A DNA stretch of 27,311 nucleotides, from contig JAYOYH010000058.1 in assembly GCA_038153405.1 (NCBI GenBank), positions 1 through 27,311 of the forward strand. Direction: 5' to 3'. The position numbers and the translations under genes are program-made. This DNA comes from Gemmatimonadota bacterium. GTDB lineage: Bacteria > Latescibacterota > UBA2968 > UBA8231. Positions 17,189 to 24,364 of this stretch are shown in pieces. Position 1 is the stretch's first letter. Every line of letters begins with the position of its first letter. The notes beneath the pieces were generated by a model. The model saw only the letters and a program-made list of their open reading frames with translations. It made no database searches and had not been told where the DNA came from.

Positions 17189-19446
17189 AAAAACGCGTTG
17201 TGCAGCAGGCGCAGGCTGCGCCCGGGCTCGGGAGAGAGGTCTTTAATGCGGTTGAGGTGTTTTCGGTAGACCGCATCGGTGGCATTGTCTAGACTCAGCG
17301 AGAACGCGTGCAGGTGCCCGCGCCAGTAAAGTGTATACTGACCCGATAGATCCCAAACGGCATAGCCATCGGTCGGCGTCTCAAAGGGGCCAATGCGCCG
17401 CTGTGCGGTGGCCCAGCGCAGCGCTCCGGTCCACTCCAACGCTTCGCGCGGCTCGTACGTCAGGCCAACCCGTCCCTGCAGCGGCGGCAGGCGTGGAATG
17501 GCTTCGTCCCCTAAATCGGATAGCGTGCCCTGCACGTAGCCCAGCGTACCAGCCGTTTTCCAACGGGGCCTGATGTGCCAGGCGAAGGACGCCTCGATGC
17601 CGTGCATAAGTGCTTCGAGGCCAACGGTCTGATACAGGAACAGGTCGGCGCGTCGCCAGCTGCGCTGTCCGGTATTTTGGGGGAAGATGTATCCGTCGAT
17701 ATGGTTGCGGAACACGGCCATGCTGAGATGGTCTTTGTCGCGGCGGATCTCGGCAAAGACTTCTACGCCCAGTGCGCGCTCGCTGCCTAGACGGCCGTTG
17801 CCGACTTCGTAGGCGTAAGACGCCAAATGGGGTCCTTCCGAAAAGAGCTCTTCGACGCCTGGGGCGCGAAAGGTGCGCATGAGCGTAGCGCCCACGCTTA
17901 CCTGGCTGTGCGGTTGATACTGAACGGACAATCCGCCGGATGCGCCGGAAAAGCGGCGCGGTTCGATGCGGCCGACCCAGCGCGAGTCACGTTCCTCTTC
18001 CGGCGTAATGCGGCGCGTATCAACGCGCAGTGCGCCTTGTGCTTGCCAGGGTCCGCTTCGCCAATCGCCGTACGAGAAGACGGCGCCGGCATATTCTTGG
18101 GCATCGGGGGTAAAGTTTAGCCCTGCTGCCGCATAGTTGCGATACTCATACCAAATGCCCAGCGCTGCGCGCTGTCGAGCGCCCGAGCGTCCCCAGTGCA
18201 TTTGCGCGCTGCCGTTGTGCGTTAGCACGCCAAACTCCATACCCAGCGCGCGGCCGTCTTCGTATTCTGCGTGCTCGTAGCGGGAAAAGGCGTGGTGTAT
18301 ATCGAGCATTTCGATACCAATGCGATCTACCCCTCGCCACCGACTGCGCAGCTCGGCGTGCTGGCGCTCCATTTCGATGGCAACGCCGTTGGAATGGCCG
18401 CCGTCGGGATTGGGTGGAATGCCGTAGTGTGAGCGATAGAAGCCCAGCGCCCCCCCGGTGTGGCCCCACGCGCGTATAGCGCTCATGCCCAGCGCGGCAT
18501 TACCCGTTTTTATGTGGGTGTTGGACAGTAGCCCGCGCGGCGTCGAAACGTCTCCGGCCGTGCGCCAACTGCCGTCTGCGCGCAGGACGAGCGATCGACC
18601 CAGCGGCTGCACGTGCTCTAGGCCCAGCGACAGGCCGCGGCTGCCGCTTTCGCCCTGCCACGATGCGGCGCTCCCCGCGTGCGCTGGCCGCTCGCTGGGC
18701 ACGTAGCCGCGCCGTACGTTGATGACGCCGCCCAGTGCATTGGAACCGTAGACCATGGTCTCCGGTCCGCGCACGATTTCGATGTGCCGCGTCGTCATCG
18801 GATCGACGGCCACGGCGTGGTCGGATGAGGTTGCCGATAGGTCGCCCGTGCGCTCGCCGTCTTCCAGCACGAGCAATCGGTCGCCGCTCAGTCCGCGCAG
18901 CACCGGCCGAGCGGAGGCTGGTCCCATGGAGCGCTGGGCGATGCCCGGCTCGTAGTCGATGGTTTCGGCGATGGTCTGGCCGAGATGTTGCCGTAGCTTG
19001 CTACCGCTAAAGACGACGTCGGGCTCGCTCAGTGGCACTAGTGAGCGTTCGCGCTGACCGTCGATGCGCACCTCTTCTAGTAGCAGTTCTCGGTGACCTA
19101 TTTGCAGATCGACACGGGTGGTATCACCTGCTGTAATCTCCACGGCAAAGCGCGCGTCGTGGTAGCCGATGCGCAACGTTTGAACCACGCGGCGCCCTGC
19201 AGGTAGGCCAGTAAAGAAAAAGGCACCCTGCTCGTCGACCATCTGGACGCGGTCCGTGCCCTCCACGAGCACGGTGACCCACCCTACGGCTTCTTTGCTC
19301 TCGACATCAATAACGCGCCCGGCCAATGCACCGCTTTGCGCGCTGGCTGCAGCGGTGCACATGGCCCAAAGTACAAAGCCAATATGGCGCAGTGCTCGAG
19401 CGCAGCTGACCAGCGGAAGGCGCCGTGGTTTTCGCAGATGCGGCAT
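17185..19446 (-). CDS. TonB-dependent receptor, ZnuD-like metal-uptake subtype, with N-terminal carboxypeptidase-regulatory-like domain
   Basis: Signal peptide (...AAASAQ), GRVIDVESKE domain, plug motifs RPVLRGLSGDR, SSDHAV and IEIVRGP, FRAPGVEELFSEGPH, terminal Phe. Start is ATG 19446 or TTG 19455. Confidence 0.9.
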   Translation of the reverse strand: MPHLRKPRRLPLVSCARALRHIGFVLWAMCTAAASAQSGALAGRVIDVESKEAVGWVTVLVEGTDRVQMVDEQGAFFFTGLPAGRRVVQTLRIGYHDARFAVEITAGDTTRVDLQIGHRELLLEEVRIDGQRERSLVPLSEPDVVFSGSKLRQHLGQTIAETIDYEPGIAQRSMGPASARPVLRGLSGDRLLVLEDGERTGDLSATSSDHAVAVDPMTTRHIEIVRGPETMVYGSNALGGVINVRRGYVPSERPAHAGSAASWQGESGSRGLSLGLEHVQPLGRSLVLRADGSWRTAGDVSTPRGLLSNTHIKTGNAALGMSAIRAWGHTGGALGFYRSHYGIPPNPDGGHSNGVAIEMERQHAELRSRWRGVDRIGIEMLDIHHAFSRYEHAEYEDGRALGMEFGVLTHNGSAQMHWGRSGARQRAALGIWYEYRNYAAAGLNFTPDAQEYAGAVFSYGDWRSGPWQAQGALRVDTRRITPEEERDSRWVGRIEPRRFSGASGGLSVQYQPHSQVSVGATLMRTFRAPGVEELFSEGPHLASYAYEVGNGRLGSERALGVEVFAEIRRDKDHLSMAVFRNHIDGYIFPQNTGQRSWRRADLFLYQTVGLEALMHGIEASFAWHIRPRWKTAGTLGYVQGTLSDLGDEAIPRLPPLQGRVGLTYEPREALEWTGALRWATAQRRIGPFETPTDGYAVWDLSGQYTLYWRGHLHAFSLSLDNATDAVYRKHLNRIKDLSPEPGRSLRLLHNAFF

Positions 19447-19469
19447 GCTATACAACGCGGAGTACGATG

Positions 19470-19958
19470 CTACTCGTCTTCGTGGTCTTCGCCCGGACCG
19501 CTCTCCGTCACGCGCACGGCAAAGGGCAGCGCAACAAAGTCGGCGTGGCCGTTGTGATTGAGCTTAATGACTATTGTCGTCTCTCCTATGCCTTCTCCGA
19601 CAATGTGGAAGGACCACATTCCATCGTCTTCGTGCCATTCGATTTCGGCGATCGCTTTGTCTGCGACGTCCCAGCCGAGGGAATAGCCATCGTCGGTGGC
19701 GGGCGAAAAGAGCGCGCCCTCTTCGTTCAAAAAGCGAACGCTCAGCAGCGCCGTTTCTTTTTCCAATCCGACTTCTACTTCACCGCTGACGGCCCCCTGT
19801 TCGTAGCGGACCAGTTCCACGCCGCTGTTATACAGCACAAAGCCAAACGCTTCGGCGTGTTCGTCTGCGCGGTCTTCGTTTACGGGATTGTCGTCACTGC
19901 ATGCGGCGACGAAAAAGAGTGCGGTCAGTATATACAGGGTAGATTGTGCTTTAAACAC
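19470..19958 (-). CDS. His/acidic-rich lipoprotein, probable partner of the TonB receptor
   Basis: Lipobox VAA-C20 after a hydrophobic stretch. DEHAEA, HNGHADF and C-terminal EDHEDE. GGAG SD 9 nt before the GTG. Confidence 0.85.
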   Translation of the reverse strand: MFKAQSTLYILTALFFVAACSDDNPVNEDRADEHAEAFGFVLYNSGVELVRYEQGAVSGEVEVGLEKETALLSVRFLNEEGALFSPATDDGYSLGWDVADKAIAEIEWHEDDGMWSFHIVGEGIGETTIVIKLNHNGHADFVALPFAVRVTESGPGEDHEDE

Positions 19959-20097
19959 GTTTCATTTCTCCGTTGAGTGGTGCGCTCTAGCCTGTGTAAT
20001 AGCGCACGGCGCGAACGCACGGGGGTCTGTACAGGCGCGGTTCGATCCCGTCGCCGTATATCAGACTGCTGTGTGGTATAGAAAAACGGTGCCGCGT

Positions 20098-20179
20098 GCT
20101 ATCCCACCTGCGGAATAGCTATGCGGACAGGTGTGTCGGCCATGCTGACGATAGACCCCGGTGGGGGTGCTGCGTCAGC
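20098..20179 (-). promoter_or_regulatory. Structured intercistronic leader with alternative hairpins
   Basis: A GCTGACG/CGTCAGC stem (20144-20179) with an inner ACCCC/GGGGT overlaps the upstream stop codon. Two mutually exclusive hairpins lie at 20098-20119 and 20105-20133. Confidence 0.5.
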
Positions 20180-20490
20180 TATGCAAAACGTGGAGGTGCT
20201 CGATTGGAAAGGGAAAAGCCAGAGAATAGCAGAAATTGGGGTACGGACCATTGGGAAGAGACGAACGCACGGCGCACCGCAGGGGAAAGCGCAATGGCCG
20301 CTGTAATCGACAGCTGCACCAAGCTGCTTTCCAGCATGTGAAACGGGCAGCTTTCGGGCTCGACCGAGAGGTCGTGAAAGAGCTGATGTCCGAGCGGCAG
20401 GCCCAGGAAAAGGCTCAGCAATAGGGTGCCGAGCAGCAGGTTGGCAAGCCGCATGCGGCGCGTTGGGCGATTGGGTGTGCACAGATCCAT
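20179..20490 (-). CDS. DUF2946/CruR/CutF-like leader protein with C-terminal RAPP arrest motif
   Basis: MDLCTPNRPTRRMR, then a transmembrane segment (LANLLLGTLLLSLFLGLPLG), then HQLFH...CPFH...NRAPPRFA*. Directly upstream of the lipoprotein and TonB receptor. Alternative start at ATG 20454. Confidence 0.75.
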   Translation of the reverse strand: MDLCTPNRPTRRMRLANLLLGTLLLSLFLGLPLGHQLFHDLSVEPESCPFHMLESSLVQLSITAAIALSPAVRRAFVSSQWSVPQFLLFSGFSLSNRAPPRFA

Positions 20491-20619
20491 GCGGTTGAAT
20501 ATAATGCAGTAAAGGAAAAGCGATAGGCTCACTTTTTTTGTTCGTCACGCGCAGATACTATCGGTCAAAGACGGCAGCTCGACGCAGAAGACCAAAGTGG
20601 CTAATAGAGTAAATACAGA

Positions 20620-21432
20620 TCAGTCTGAGGGGGCATACTCGCCGCGCGCGTTCCAACCGGGATAGTGCGCCTCGAGGGCCGACAGCATTTCGCGCGTGTA
20701 GTAGGGATGGCCGGCTGGTGGAAAGCGAAATAGCTCGCGGTCGCGCGCGGTGAGTTCGGCGATAAAGCGGCGGAAGTGCTCATCGCGCGCGACGTGCGTG
20801 TAGTGGGCGACGCCCTCCCAGTAGTGGTCGGCGCGTCCGTAGGCAAACTTCCACACGTAGCGCTGGCCGTCCTCGCGCCGGTAGGGACTGGCCGCGTGCC
20901 AGGTGTAGTTGTGAAAGATAGCGACCGAGCCGGCCGGTGCGACAAAGGCCTCGGCACGGCGTTCATTGCACTCGTGCTGGTTGGCGACAAAGAGCGTGGG
21001 CGCTTGGTCCTCGGCGACGTCTTCCAGATAGAACCAGAAGTTGAGCTGGGCGTGGCGCCGCTCGGAAGTGGGCGGCAGCAGTGAGTTGTTGCCGTTGTCG
21101 AAGTGGAATTCCATGCCGCCGCGCCCCGGGTAGGTGCACATCAGCAGGCCGGGCCGGTAGTGGATGGATTGGGTGCCTAAAAAGCGCTGGGCGAAGGCGA
21201 TGGACTCGCGGTGGACGATGGCGCTGTTTAGGCAGGGTTCCGGATAGGGGAAGAAATAGTTGGTTAGGCGGTCTTTGGGCGGGTCGGTGCGCACATCGTC
21301 CCACGGCTTGAGCAGTCGGCGCGCGGCCACGGCCATTTCGGCCACCTGTTCGGGCGGCAGCAGGCGCTCTACGATGGCGTAGCCGCGCTGGCAGACCTGC
21401 TCAAAAACGGCGTCGTTGAGTTTTTTTTCCAT
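20620..21432 (-). CDS. Phytanoyl-CoA dioxygenase (PhyH) family Fe(II)/2-oxoglutarate dioxygenase
   Basis: GYAIVERLLP, HFD (HxD), YLEDV..DQAPT, PAGSV, distal WHAAS and Arg. Start moved to ATG at 21432 (MEKKLND). Confidence 0.9.
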   Translation of the reverse strand: MEKKLNDAVFEQVCQRGYAIVERLLPPEQVAEMAVAARRLLKPWDDVRTDPPKDRLTNYFFPYPEPCLNSAIVHRESIAFAQRFLGTQSIHYRPGLLMCTYPGRGGMEFHFDNGNNSLLPPTSERRHAQLNFWFYLEDVAEDQAPTLFVANQHECNERRAEAFVAPAGSVAIFHNYTWHAASPYRREDGQRYVWKFAYGRADHYWEGVAHYTHVARDEHFRRFIAELTARDRELFRFPPAGHPYYTREMLSALEAHYPGWNARGEYAPSD

Positions 21433-21443
21433 AGAGCTAAAAT
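21416..21443 (+). promoter_or_regulatory. Putative sigma70-type promoter for a plus-strand small RNA
   Basis: TTGAGT-N16-TAAAAT, overlapping the PhyH start codon on the opposite strand. Confidence 0.5.
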
Positions 21444-21448
21444 TTCTG

Positions 21449-21567
21449 GAACCCCGCCCATCGGTTAGGCGTTTCACTCTATGCGGGTCGAACCGGTCAC
21501 GACTCGCATCCCTCCCGACGGCGAGAGGCGCTTTTCGCAAGAAGCGCGCCTCTCGTCGTTTTTTTTT
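21449..21567 (+). ncRNA. Candidate small regulatory RNA (~120 nt), family unrecognised
   Basis: Upstream promoter, 10-bp hairpin at 21481-21509, single-stranded CCCTCCC at 21510-21516, and a terminator. The G-T pairs in both stems work only on the plus strand. Confidence 0.55.
21518..21567 (+). terminator. Rho-independent terminator (plus strand)
   Basis: 14-bp stem ACGGCGAGAGGCGC/GCGCCTCTCGTCGT (one G-U) ending in a 9-T run (21559-21567). Confidence 0.85.
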
Positions 21568-21606
21568 ATGCTAGCAGCGCAGCTACAGTCTCATAGGAAG
21601 GCGGTG

Positions 21607-21645
21607 TGACCGGCGATTGACCCGGTGGCAGAATCTCGCCGGTCA
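21607..21645. other. Inverted repeat downstream of the dehydratase stop (possible 3' stabilising or pause hairpin)
   Basis: Perfect 10-bp arms TGACCGGCGA/TCGCCGGTCA with a 19-nt loop. No U-tract on either strand. Confidence 0.6.
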
Positions 21646-21655
21646 ACGCAAAAGC

Positions 21656-22789
21656 CTACTGCCAGAGCGGTTCGCCGTCTTGTAGCATGCTCTGCAAGAA
21701 CGCTTCGTTGAGCTCTACGCCCAGTCCGGGCGCTTCCGTCATTGCGACGTGGCCGTCTTGGATGACGGGCTCGTCCGAGTTGATAACATCGTTCCAGGTC
21801 GGGTCGTTAAAGCGGTGGAATTCTAGGGCCAAGAAGTTGGGCACGCTGGCGCAGACGTGCGCATCGCCGACGGTGCTCAGTGCGCTGGAGTTGTTGTGCG
21901 GCGCAAAGGGAATGTAGTAGGTCTCAGCCATATTGGCGATTTTGCGGCATTCGCTTAGACCGCCGCACTTGGAGATATCGGGCATGATGATATCGACAGC
22001 CTGCTTTTCGATAATCTCGCGGAAGCCGTAGCGCAGGTAGGCGTTTTCGCCAGCGCAGATCGGGGTTTTGGTAGAGTGGGTGATGTGGGCCATAGCCTGG
22101 ATGTTTTCCGGCGGCACCGGCTCTTCCAGCCACATTAGGTTTAGGTCCTCTAGCGCGTGGGCCACTTTCATGCCGGCGGTGGCGTCGTAGCGGCCGTGCA
22201 GATCGATGGCCAGGTCCATATGCGGCCCGACGGCCTCGCGAATTTCGTGCGCCTGGTCGACCATGATTTCCAATTCGCCGGGCGTGACCGACCAGTTCCA
22301 GGCGTCGGCCTTGTGCGGGTTGCCGGCATCGTCGAGGTCGAACTTAATGGCGGTAAAGCCCTTTGAACGGGCCTCTTCAGCGCGCTCTTGGCAGTTGGTC
22401 ATGGCGCTGTCTACGTAGAGGCGCACGCGGTCGCGAAACTTGCCGCCCAGCAGCCTGTAGATCGGTACGCCCTGCGCTTTGCCGGCTAGGTCCCATAGGG
22501 CAATTTCGAGTCCGGTCAGTGCCGAGATGCCCAATCCGGCCATGCCGCCGCGGAAGATATAGCTGCGGCGGATGCCCTCGAAGCAGGCGTCGACATCGCG
22601 CGGGTCCTTGCCGATGAGCTGCTGGGCCATGGTCTGCGTAGAGCCGCGCCAGCCGCCGTCGACGTGACTGGCCTCGCCCGTGCCGTAAACCCCTTGGTCA
22701 GTGTAGATGCGCACGTAGTGGTAGAGGTAGCGCGGGCGGCCGTCGATGATCATCGGCACTTCAGCGGTTTTGACTTCGGTGATTTTCAT
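21656..22789 (-). CDS. Mandelate racemase/muconate lactonizing enzyme family acid-sugar dehydratase (KxD subtype)
   Basis: MKITEVK start with GAGG SD. GxGE, EIALWDLAGK, AIKFDLD, DLHGR, WLEEP, AGEN and APHN motifs. Confidence 0.92.
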   Translation of the reverse strand: MKITEVKTAEVPMIIDGRPRYLYHYVRIYTDQGVYGTGEASHVDGGWRGSTQTMAQQLIGKDPRDVDACFEGIRRSYIFRGGMAGLGISALTGLEIALWDLAGKAQGVPIYRLLGGKFRDRVRLYVDSAMTNCQERAEEARSKGFTAIKFDLDDAGNPHKADAWNWSVTPGELEIMVDQAHEIREAVGPHMDLAIDLHGRYDATAGMKVAHALEDLNLMWLEEPVPPENIQAMAHITHSTKTPICAGENAYLRYGFREIIEKQAVDIIMPDISKCGGLSECRKIANMAETYYIPFAPHNNSSALSTVGDAHVCASVPNFLALEFHRFNDPTWNDVINSDEPVIQDGHVAMTEAPGLGVELNEAFLQSMLQDGEPLWQ

Positions 22790-22854
22790 GGAGTATTCCT
22801 CTCTATAGGATGAATATGCTTTCCGCGTTCGGCTTGCTGCGCGGGCCCACGCGC

Positions 22855-23535
22855 TCAGTCGAGGTGCAGCTGCCCGATGGCGCGCGTGGCGGCGTCGCAG
22901 TACCAAAGCACGCCGTCGCGAATCGTCAGGCCGTGCACTTCGGTGGGAGCCTCGACGCGCACTACTTCCCAGATCATGCCGGTTTCCACGTCCATGCGCG
23001 AGACGGTGCCGGCCGACGTATCGGCCACCCACAGGGTGCCGTCGGCCGCCCAGGCCAGACCGTGTACGCGCAGTCCGGGCGCGCGGAAGGCGTGCACTTC
23101 GGTCCAGGATTGGGCGTCTACGACGTGCACCTGCTGCGAGGGCGGCACGGCGATGTAGAGCCTGCCGTCTTTCCACTCCAATCCGTGCGCGCCGGTGACG
23201 CGCGCCGTCTGCTGATCGGCCCAGGTGACCTTGCCGCTGCCCGGCGAATCGTACTTGGCGATGGTTTCGCCCGTCGCCGGATCGAGTTTGGCAATTTTTA
23301 GCTCAAAGGTGGAGGCAATCCAGATATAGCCCTCGTCGTCCATGGTGATACCGCTGGAGTGCTCGGTATCGGTCGGTGCCTCAAAGAGCGTGGCGCCCGT
23401 CTGCCAGTCGAGCTGGTAGAGCTTGAGGTCGACTTGGTCAATGTACCACAGACCGTCCGCGGCGGCGTGCAGGCCGTTGGGCTGCGGGCCGGGGCTTTTG
23501 AAGCGCTCTTCGACGCGGGCAATTTTAAAAGCCAT
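22855..23535 (-). CDS. Small beta-propeller protein (SMP-30/Vgb/NHL-like repeats)
   Basis: About five 40-45-aa repeats carrying PNGL, SSGI, AHGL, VHGL and VHGL, each followed by LW/LY strands. GGAG SD. No signal peptide. Confidence 0.8.
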   Translation of the reverse strand: MAFKIARVEERFKSPGPQPNGLHAAADGLWYIDQVDLKLYQLDWQTGATLFEAPTDTEHSSGITMDDEGYIWIASTFELKIAKLDPATGETIAKYDSPGSGKVTWADQQTARVTGAHGLEWKDGRLYIAVPPSQQVHVVDAQSWTEVHAFRAPGLRVHGLAWAADGTLWVADTSAGTVSRMDVETGMIWEVVRVEAPTEVHGLTIRDGVLWYCDAATRAIGQLHLD

Positions 23536-23581
23536 CGTAGTTCTCTCCTAGGCGCGCCGTGCCGCTGCGCCGATTAGGTGC

Positions 23582-24364
23582 TCAGGCCGTCTTGCCCAGC
23601 AAGTAATCCCAGTTCCTGCGGCGGATGGCCCGCTCTTTGTAGTGGTCGCTCTGCGAAACGCCCAGCGGGTTGGCGAAGGTGAGTATGTTGTTGGGGTCGG
23701 CAGACGAGGCGCGCGAATTCCAATCCGTCGCTTTGCTCTTGTTTTCCGGATCGTGGTTCCAACTCGGCTGTTCGTTGTCCTTGGTGCGGCGAAAGAGAAA
23801 TTTGATCATATGGCGCTTGCGATCGGAGCGGTTGGCCGCCGTGCCGTGCCACAGGTCGTAGTGGGTAAAGGCGACGGTGCCGGCCTTGACCACTAGGGGA
23901 ACTTGGCCGCGGATATTGGTGTAGTGCGCCATGCGGTCGGTCGGTGCGTTGCGGAACTGCGTGCCCGGCACGATAACGGTGGGCCCCATCTCGGGCGTGA
24001 TATCGGTCGGGTAGTAGAGGCCGAGAAAGCGATTGATGAGCGTATCGCGACTGTTGAGACCGTCCTGATGCCAGTTCATATGGGCTGAGTTGGGCAATTT
24101 GCAGTGCCAGTGGCGGTGCGACTGCACCTCGTAGTCGCGGCCGAGTAAGCTGATGAGTGCGCCCTTGACCTGCGGGTGATCCAGCACCTGCCAAAGCTCG
24201 GGGACGGACTCGGTAATGGCGTCGCCCGGATTGTGGTCGAGTGTATCGAGTTGAGCGGCAATCGATTCGTTGAGGCCGGCGGGCAGGTCGGGTTCGACGA
24301 GGTGGTAGCCATTGACGATAAACTGTGCCACTTGGCCGTCGCTGAGCAAAAATTGATCATCCAT
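23582..24364 (-). CDS. PhyH family Fe(II)/2-oxoglutarate dioxygenase
   Basis: FIVNGYH, WHQDG (HxD), YYPTD...MGPTVIVPGT, AGTV, LWHG..N..R. GGAG SD lies inside the upstream ORF. Confidence 0.92.
   Translation of the reverse strand: MDDQFLLSDGQVAQFIVNGYHLVEPDLPAGLNESIAAQLDTLDHNPGDAITESVPELWQVLDHPQVKGALISLLGRDYEVQSHRHWHCKLPNSAHMNWHQDGLNSRDTLINRFLGLYYPTDITPEMGPTVIVPGTQFRNAPTDRMAHYTNIRGQVPLVVKAGTVAFTHYDLWHGTAANRSDRKRHMIKFLFRRTKDNEQPSWNHDPENKSKATDWNSRASSADPNNILTFANPLGVSQSDHYKERAIRRRNWDYLLGKTA

Noticed and set aside
19951..19965. Mini-ORF MKRV* overlapping the lipoprotein start
   Set aside because: The ATG is only 2 nt from the GGAG. The SD spacing fits the lipoprotein GTG instead.
20496..20508. 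Possible Zur/Fur box (TGCATTATATTCA) upstream of the RAPP leader
   Set aside because: Only 8 of 12 positions are palindromic and it overlaps the likely -10 element. Too weak to call.
21485..21494. GGTTCGACCC on the minus strand resembling a tRNA T-loop
   Set aside because: No 5-bp T-stem, acceptor stem or cloverleaf.
21493..21613. 8-nt complementarity between CCGGTCAC and GTGACCGG as a long-range switch
   Set aside because: Expected by chance in GC-rich DNA, and the second site lies beyond the plus-strand terminator.
22790..23176. Long N-terminal extension of the 506-aa ORF (likewise for ORFs 26042-27118, 14290-15540 and 20620-21540)
   Set aside because: The extensions are out-of-frame read-through of neighbouring genes or intergenic DNA. 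Family-typical starts lie downstream, mostly with SD sequences.
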